Source of the DNA: an uncultured delta proteobacterium
GTDB taxonomy: Bacteria; Desulfobacterota; Binatia; UBA9968
NCBI GenBank assembly: GCA_963840855.1
Contig: CAWJBB010000059.1
Coordinates: 1-64,000 of the forward strand
Length of the DNA stretch: 64,000 nt
Reading direction: 5' to 3'
Of this stretch, positions 57,691 through 64,000 are shown in pieces. Below the pieces are notes generated by a model. The model saw nothing but the letters and a program-made list of their open reading frames with translations. It searched no databases and was not told the DNA's origin. The stretch's first letter is position 1; every line of letters begins with the position of its first letter. The position numbers were made by a program, and so were the translations under genes.

Positions 57691-57820
57691 TAACCCCGCC
57701 GTCTCTTCCTTCCTGCCGAGCAATCCCCGCTTGCGTCGCACGCGGACTCGAAGACGGGCGCCGACGTGAAGCGTTCACACATCGCTATGCCACTGACGCG
57801 AAATCGGGTCCAGCGGCGGA

Positions 57821-58030
57821 TTAGGCCCTACGCGACCGTTTGTGTTTTGCGATCAGTTCGCGGATTGTTGGAACAAGCTCTTTAGGCACTTCCATATCGG
57901 TTTGAGTGGAATCCTCAAAAGCCGCCTCGTCCTCAGCGACTGCCTCCTTATCCGCCCGTTGCTCGTAATGTTCCGGCACTCGGCGAACTCGTTGCTCGTT
58001 CCAACCGGGAGGAAATTTGCTCTGTTTCAT
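57821..58030 (-). CDS. Small antitoxin-like cassette protein
   Basis: FPPGWNEQRVRRV..HYE...AEDEAA..MEVPKELVP.IRELIA; no toxin upstream. Confidence 0.6.
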   Translation of the reverse strand: MKQSKFPPGWNEQRVRRVPEHYEQRADKEAVAEDEAAFEDSTQTDMEVPKELVPTIRELIAKHKRSRRA

Positions 58031-58119
58031 TTCTTTCCTTTCCTGCGTCGACTTCGTCGATACGCGAACAAAGGCTTTCCTCGTAGCTCGTATGGGGCTA
58101 ACCAGTAATGGGCCGATAT

Positions 58120-58246
58120 CGACGCCAATACGATCGCGCACGACTGCAATGGCGTCGGCTGTTGGACGGTCCTCATGCGGTGCGATCCCAGAACTGTCGA
58201 TCCGTCCGTCCGCGCCTAGATTCTGCTGACAGAAGGCGGCCGCCAT
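58120..58246 (-). pseudogene. LMW-PTP/ArsC-like internal fragment
   Basis: MAAAF...IDSSGI...A.AV....GVDI. Confidence 0.45.
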
Positions 58247-58259
58247 CGGGCTGCGGCAG

Positions 58260-58497
58260 GTGTATAAGAACCCTTCATCGCGAGATAGGCTACAACTTGT
58301 TGCTCAAGCGTACCGACCCAAATATTGCATTGAGCCCGAATGACTTCCCGAAAGATCGTGCCAGCGCGGTCGAGCGTGAGTGTTTGCCACAAAGGGAGAA
58401 ACGCGTATGCGGCTTGCCCGGACCGGTGCCAAACGCCGACGACGGCAGGTTCGTCGTCGTCTTGAAATGGTCGAATGGATACGTTCACATGAGTCAT
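58260..58497 (-). pseudogene. GNAT acetyltransferase, 3' truncated
   Basis: IRPFQDDD..AVVGVW...IWVG...VVAYLAMKGSY, then a junction to unrelated sequence. Confidence 0.65.
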
Positions 58498-58550
58498 CGG
58501 TCAGCGTCGCTCACCGCCTCGTCGTTCGTACTTCGCGTAGCATGTCGTCC

Positions 58551-58737
58551 GGATAACCAGTAATATACGGAACCGTAGCTGCCAATATTAATATCTGTAA
58601 ATGCTGAATGCAAAACCGCTTCGATTAGCCAGGAATCCCGGCCTCGTGTTGGCGACGGGAAGTGGTCGGGAGCAATAGTACCTGCATTCCTGAATCCGAA
58701 TAGGTAATTCTGTTCCCAACCCACGTCGATGTGTGAG
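58551..58737 (-). repeat. Promoter + GTT-core module (attI-like), copy 3
   Basis: TTGCAT-N17-TAATAT followed by ctgGTTATCC. Confidence 0.7.
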
Positions 58738-58740
58738 TTA

Positions 58741-59017
58741 CCTTTGAGACCGCTGACTGGCACAATTTCTGCGGTGGGCTTGGATCCCAATTCCGTATAC
58801 AGGAGCATCGTGGTTAAATATACGTTGGAAACGGGTATCAGCGCCGAAGTGAACAGGTTGTGCGTTCACTCGCTACGCGCAACGGCCGCGACGAACGCGT
58901 TTTCCCACGATTCCGATATCGCCATGGCTAGACACGCGAACGTGTGCACCAAGTGGCCTTACGACCAGCGCAAAACCCGGCCCGGAAGAAAGTCCGACGT
59001 TCAGGGTGAAGCTTTAA
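58741..59017 (+). pseudogene. Tyrosine recombinase C-terminal remnant (XerC/D-like, not IntI)
   Basis: VHSLRATAATNA..HAN...YD.RK...SPTFRV, with deletions. Confidence 0.75.
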
Positions 59018-59038
59018 AATGGCGGCAGAGGCATATAA

Positions 59039-59503
59039 ATGACACACTGGGATCCCTTCCATGAGGCAAAAGAAGCCCTTCAAACCGTGCAGCGCGAATA
59101 CACTGCGACCAACTCTATAAATGCTGCGACGGCTTACACCGTCGTCCATGCTGCTGAGACGGCGGTGCGCAACCTTTACACTTTCGCCACTAGCGCTAAT
59201 TTTCCCTACGATAAGTTTCCGCATCATGTTCCTGAGCGACTCGTCGAGAGTCTAGGCCTAGCGCCGTTCTATTCTCCCAAAATGCAAACTTTTTTAGGAA
59301 AGCTGACTGGCTATGCGCCGCAGGATGTTCGCTATGAAAGCACACGGGCGTTTCAGGATCACACTAACCCAAAATCAGCCGGTCGCGGGAAAGAACTAAT
59401 GGATGGCGTAACTCGTTTCGTTGAAGAGAGTGAAATATTAGCTAAAAATCCCGCCGCGCTTGAAGCAATTAGATCCAAGGTAACGAGCGCGTCTCTGCCA
59501 TGA
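59039..59503 (+). CDS. HEPN-like domain protein
   Basis: A.TVVHAAETAVRNL and LTGYA..VRY patterns of MNT-associated HEPN proteins. Confidence 0.55.
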   Translation: MTHWDPFHEAKEALQTVQREYTATNSINAATAYTVVHAAETAVRNLYTFATSANFPYDKFPHHVPERLVESLGLAPFYSPKMQTFLGKLTGYAPQDVRYESTRAFQDHTNPKSAGRGKELMDGVTRFVEESEILAKNPAALEAIRSKVTSASLP

Positions 59504-59617
59504 GAAAGAGGCGGGAGCCCGCTCCGATGACGATAAAGTCGTACAGCAACGCATGGCGGCACGCACAATGTTTCGTGCAAACTGAGATGCACCGCGGAAG
59601 TTTTCGAGGAAAATGTA

Positions 59618-60549
59618 TTAGGAGACCTTCCGGATTAGCCAACTGACCAGGCCGGCATCCATCACTAAATCCGCGAGTTGTTCGGGTCCTATGACAGTCA
59701 CGCGCGCGTCATCCGTGTCTGCGTTGCCGGAATGATATACATAGAACATCCGGTCATATGGGCCGTCCTTAATTTTGGCGATATATTCAGTGAGTTCAGC
59801 TGATGTGGTCTTTGATTTCACTTGCACGAACGCTCGCTCGTTGGTGCTTGGCAGGATCACGTCAAGATCAAGCGTCTTTTGGGCCTTACCTACGGTTCCC
59901 ACTCGCCGCCAACCGCTTGCTGTGAAAACAAGATCAACCAATAGCTCAAAATCGCGCGGTCCTAGCAGCTTCATCAAGGCGATTGCGGCATTCTTCATCT
60001 CTTTGGAGGCGATGAGTGCGCGTTCTACCTCGGGTGTTTTCTGGCCGTTGATGCGACGGATTACGTAATCGCTCGCGTCCACGTCGCAAGACGTGCCGCG
60101 ATACGCCGCCAGCTTCGTCAACGCACCCGACAGTTGGTCTTTCGTCAATAATTCTCCATTGAGGTCGGTCGAGTGCCATCCGTCACGTATCGGTCTCCAC
60201 ACGCCCCGATCGTCAGCATGCCGCTGGACCTTGGCACGGTCCATTCTCCCCCAACACAAACGTTCGCCGATGAACGTGATCAAAGCATAGAGCGTCGTCT
60301 TAAAGAAAAACGCAATTCGTTGGTGGAACGGGTGGCAGTCCCCTTATCCTTACCTTCCGCGATGAAAGATTTGGGAAGGATGTTTCATCGTCCGGACTTT
60401 CACAATTGAAACCGTTGTCTCTGCGCGCTGCCGAAGCCAATACGAATAATGCCTTTCTCTAGACACTCCTTTTCCCAGCGCCCGGACTCGCCGAGCTTTA
60501 TATAGCGGACAGCAGTCGGATTAATTTTCTTTTTTGCAGAAGTGCTCAT
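59618..60549 (-). pseudogene. Mrr-like restriction endonuclease, with in-frame stops and a frameshift in the 5' part
   Basis: VRYIKLGE.G.WE N-terminus; DFELLVDLVF...LDLDV...FVQVKS Mrr-cat motif. Confidence 0.8.
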
Positions 60550-60855
60550 AACATAAATTGTCACCCAGATTGACATTTCATGCTTGATTTCATGTAGCAC
60601 AGTCAAGTTGATTTAAAGCACTCCTTTCCCTATTCGCCTTTTTCTTTGAAGCGCGCGTCTATGCCATGAGAGGCAGCCGCAAGCCCGCACTGATAACGGC
60701 GCCGGTAGAGCAGTACGCGGGGCCGTGCGAGGTAATGGTACTCAGAAAGGCGATATTTGGCAGAATTTTTCCACGTGAATTTCACATTACGCGTGGCGGG
60801 GCCACGAGAAAAAGGCGCACACAACGAAACGCGCGCATGAGATTTCGGCTATCAA

Positions 60856-62157
60856 TCATTTCAGAGGAGAAGCGGCGGGATCAGGTAGAAACTCGAAAAT
60901 GACATAGTCATCATCTTCGTCAATTCCGGCGCGTTCAAACTTGGCATTGCTGAGGGTATAGCCTTGTTCTAGCCAGCGCTGAAACTGATTATTCTCTCCG
61001 CGAGCGAAGCGTTTGAACTGTTCCGGCGAAATTTTTCCTGCGAGGTACTCCTGCAACAAACGAGCTGAGATTTTCATGGTTAACGGCTCCCCGGTTGTAA
61101 TTTCAGATCCCAAATACCAGCCTCTGGCAGATGGCGTAAACACGCCTTGTTTCTGAAGTGACCTTGCCTGATACCCTTCTAATCTAGGGGCAGGCAAAGT
61201 CCCCGCAAGCTTTCTTAGTTTTTCTTCGGGGAGGGGGCGGTCATTTGGGGAAAACAGCGACACCCGCCAACTCAAATTATCGGAACTAGAAAGAAAGGAT
61301 GATTGTCTGAACGGAGAGAAAACGCAAACCCCATCCACCGACGATTTGTGCAGGAAGTGCTCGATAATCTCCGCCCCAGATTTATAACGATTCAGATGGT
61401 CTCGTTGGCGGAGTAGCCGCAAAAGCCTGGACCCTCCATCGGCAACGAAAATAACCTTGAGTGCCCCCACGGAGACGCCAGATAGCTGATCCCCTTTATC
61501 TTCGAGTCTGCCAAAGAGAGGATTGTTTTCGATATCGTACGCCAAAGGCGGCAGTGATGAAAAAAAATTGAATCCCTGTCTTTGACGATGACTCTTAGAT
61601 TCAATTACGACATCAATGCGCTCATTTTTTAGCCGTAATGGTATTCTCTCAGAGTCGGATGAATTTTTTAACCATGTAAAAATTTGATCCTTCAATACCT
61701 GGTCAAGTTGGAAGTCAGACGTGACACAGTGTTCCCGTGTGAACACGTTGCCGCTCCACGAGCTGGTTTCACTAAAAGTAAGATAAAGATAATTGCCACG
61801 GCCTTTGTCGATGGTATTCGCAAAGTCTACGATCTTTTGTGTGGCACGCTGCATGTTTTCTTCCCCGGATAGCTTGCCATCAGAAAGCGTTGTAATTTCT
61901 ATATAAGACGGTCTATCAAACAGGCCTGTTGAAAGTGCTTCCGGCCTTCTGGAGCTGTTGGGCAAGGTGGGTTCTATTTCTATATCGGCAACCTGTTGGA
62001 TGCCCCACAACAGTCCCAACTCCATCTCCGCTGCGAGCGCCTGTTCCGGCTTGTCATTGGAAAGTCGTGCTAATAAGTCGTTGGCTTTTTTACTGTCGAG
62101 AAGCGGACGCAAGTCGTCCATCATCTTCTGCAGCCTTCTGCGGGAGAATATCGGCAT
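60856..62157 (-). CDS. Hypothetical protein with a possible PD-(D/E)XK-like fold
   Basis: AEMEL...EP.LP....RPE...YIEIT pattern; lower GC than the flanks. Confidence 0.6.
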   Translation of the reverse strand: MPIFSRRRLQKMMDDLRPLLDSKKANDLLARLSNDKPEQALAAEMELGLLWGIQQVADIEIEPTLPNSSRRPEALSTGLFDRPSYIEITTLSDGKLSGEENMQRATQKIVDFANTIDKGRGNYLYLTFSETSSWSGNVFTREHCVTSDFQLDQVLKDQIFTWLKNSSDSERIPLRLKNERIDVVIESKSHRQRQGFNFFSSLPPLAYDIENNPLFGRLEDKGDQLSGVSVGALKVIFVADGGSRLLRLLRQRDHLNRYKSGAEIIEHFLHKSSVDGVCVFSPFRQSSFLSSSDNLSWRVSLFSPNDRPLPEEKLRKLAGTLPAPRLEGYQARSLQKQGVFTPSARGWYLGSEITTGEPLTMKISARLLQEYLAGKISPEQFKRFARGENNQFQRWLEQGYTLSNAKFERAGIDEDDDYVIFEFLPDPAASPLK

Positions 62158-62233
62158 AAACTCAGGCCCAAAAGTTTCCAAAACGTTCAGTCACCAGAAG
62201 CTTTGTGTCACGTACGCCGGTGCTAATCTCGGT

Positions 62234-62830
62234 TCATTTCCTCGGCAACAATTTTCGCACATCTTGCAGAATCGCTTTGGGGTCGGGTGACGTGCCGATA
62301 TAGGCGATACGCATAGTCCCGCTGCGGTCGACCAGCGCGGTTAATGTCGTGTGATCGATGAGCCGCGCGCTTTTCTCTGAACGCCGACGCCGAAGTTCTT
62401 CCAGATTTTTTTGAGGACCGCCTCGTCGCCGGTGAGAAAGGCCCAATTTGCTAGGTCGACGCCGTAGCGCTTGGCATACGCCGCCATTACCTTGCGGCGT
62501 GTCGATTTCAGGGTCCGTGGTTATGGTAACGAAATAGGTTGACGCGCGCTCATCCTTAGTCAGAGCGTCCTGAGTCTGGCGCATGGCAGCGGTGATTAGG
62601 GGGCAGACATCTGGACAAGTGGTGTAAGCGAAAGCGATAATCGCCACTTTGCCGCGCAGCGATTGGAACTTGAACGGCCGCGATGTTTGATCCGTCAACG
62701 TGAAATCCTCAATGGGGATACGGACCTCGCGGCGCTCGGCCCCCTTGGCCTTCTGCGCCGCGCTCTGGTCATGGCTCCAGGCCGGCCAAGGCGCCGTAAA
62801 GGCGAAGAGAATCGCGTATAGCGGCAACAC
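62234..62830 (-). pseudogene. SCO family protein (frameshifted)
   Basis: FAYTTCPDVCP, ITTDPE.DTP and IDHT motifs; frameshifts near 62495 and 62375. Confidence 0.8.
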
Positions 62831-62959
62831 GAATCGCAAAGAGTTGAAGAATTCGGCTATGAGCGTGTTCAAAAAATCGTGTTCGTGTTCAACGTTTTGA
62901 ACGGAGCGAAGCGGTTGAACGATTTGAACGGCTTGAACTACCGCAGGCCAATTAATCAA

Positions 62960-63446
62960 TCAGTACAGCAAGGCATTTGATGTTATTCTCGTTGTCGATT
63001 CGCGACTATTGTTTCCCGCCTGCGGTTCCTGCGGCGCTTCCGGCGGTTCATCATAGCCAAAGACCGCCTCCCACGGCACGCTGCAGTGGGCGGCAACCAG
63101 CGTGTCATATTTTTCCCACCAGCTTATCTCGCGCCCTTCCCGGCTCAGAAAACGAACCATCCGCACCATGTCGTTGATTTCGCCCGGCTTGAGACGCGGG
63201 ATCAAACGCAGGCATCATGCCTTTGCCTTCAGCGATAATCTTGCGGATCTGACCTTTGCTTTTTCGCTCCACGGTCTGTCTAAAATCGGGAACTCGCACA
63301 GGCAACGAAGCCGCGGTCTGTCCATCGCCCTTGCCAACTGCCCCGTGACAACCGATACAGCGCTGCGCATACAGCGCGTCCATCCGCTCGCTGCGGCCGC
63401 AACCCATAACCCGCGGCGATAAAGATAACGGCGCAAGGTTTCATTC
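62960..63446 (-). pseudogene. c-type cytochrome (frameshifted)
   Basis: LYAQRCIGCHG..GKGDG and MMPAF motifs, split across frames. Confidence 0.75.
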
Positions 63447-63586
63447 AAGTGTTATTCTTGAGAGTTATCACAGTATGCGCAATTCCGATGCGCCGCGGGT
63501 TCAAGTCGTTCCAATCGTTTCAGTCGTTCCAACCGTATTCGTATCGTTCGACGATTTGAACGAGTTGAACACCTTAAAAGGTTTAA

Positions 63587-63923
63587 TCAGAGCAAGCGAA
63601 AAGACCGGGTTTTCATGATAAGAAATACCGACCTCTCCTCGACGAGGCGTAGCCTACTCACAGCCGAAGCTGTAAGCCGCACGTAAAATTCGCCACCTGC
63701 TGATACTGTTAGCATAGCTTCGCCATCAAGCAAGTCGATCTTGCGCACAACCCCCGCCACGACGTTACCAGCCGAGATTTGCTCCGGCCGTTGCGTCGCG
63801 ACGAGAATGTCGTCGGCGCCTATGCGAATCTGCAGTTGTTTTACCCGAACCGGACGGCCCAAAGATAGCGGTGATGCGGGATTCGAACGACGGACTCTCG
63901 GACTGTATGAACATTGAGATCAT
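63587..63923 (-). pseudogene. ModC-like ABC ATPase remnant with a large internal deletion
   Basis: TAIFGPSGSGKTT P-loop joined out of frame directly to a TOBE domain (IS..N...RLT..AV.RL.L......IMK). Confidence 0.75.
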
Positions 63924-64000
63924 TCGGACCTCGAATAAAAGCAACCGCGCGCGCCGATTGAGCAGGCCCTGAACGGTCGTTGGCACCGATGTGATTCAGC

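Noticed and set aside
58741-59017. Possible integron integrase next to the attI-like repeat
   Set aside because: The HSLRATAATNA motif and absence of the IntI-specific insertion indicate a different tyrosine recombinase family, and it is only a fragment.

Overview
A 64-kb, GC-rich bacterial chromosomal window. The 16S sequence, gene content and intergenic repeats suggest a deltaproteobacteria-like soil lineage such as Ca. Binatia, but this is an unverified inference. 1-33 kb holds catabolic and transport genes (ABC substrate-binding proteins and permease, MmgE/PrpD, amidohydrolases, GSTs, SDR), decayed toxin-antitoxin pairs, nested MITE/REP repeats, Hsp20, and a LeuC/LeuD-like pair whose Fe-S cysteines are replaced by Asp/Glu. 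34-41 kb is a three-layer nested mobile element: a large serine recombinase element contains an IS21, which contains an IS1182, and all junctions can be reconstructed. 41.5-52.5 kb has a complete rRNA operon (16S, tRNA-Ile, tRNA-Ala, 23S, 5S) and the zapB-zapA-(structured RNA)-5-FTHF cyclo-ligase-rny-ymdB-tyrS block. 52.6-62.2 kb is an accessory island with three copies of a promoter + GTT-core module (attI-like), attC remnants, TA, HEPN and nuclease genes. That island also holds the best candidate for a new system: a coupled pair in which the C-terminus of a 2-TM protein and the N-terminus of a signal-peptide TPR protein share a 27-aa RHIM/amyloid-like motif. All family calls come from reading the sequence; no database searches were run.
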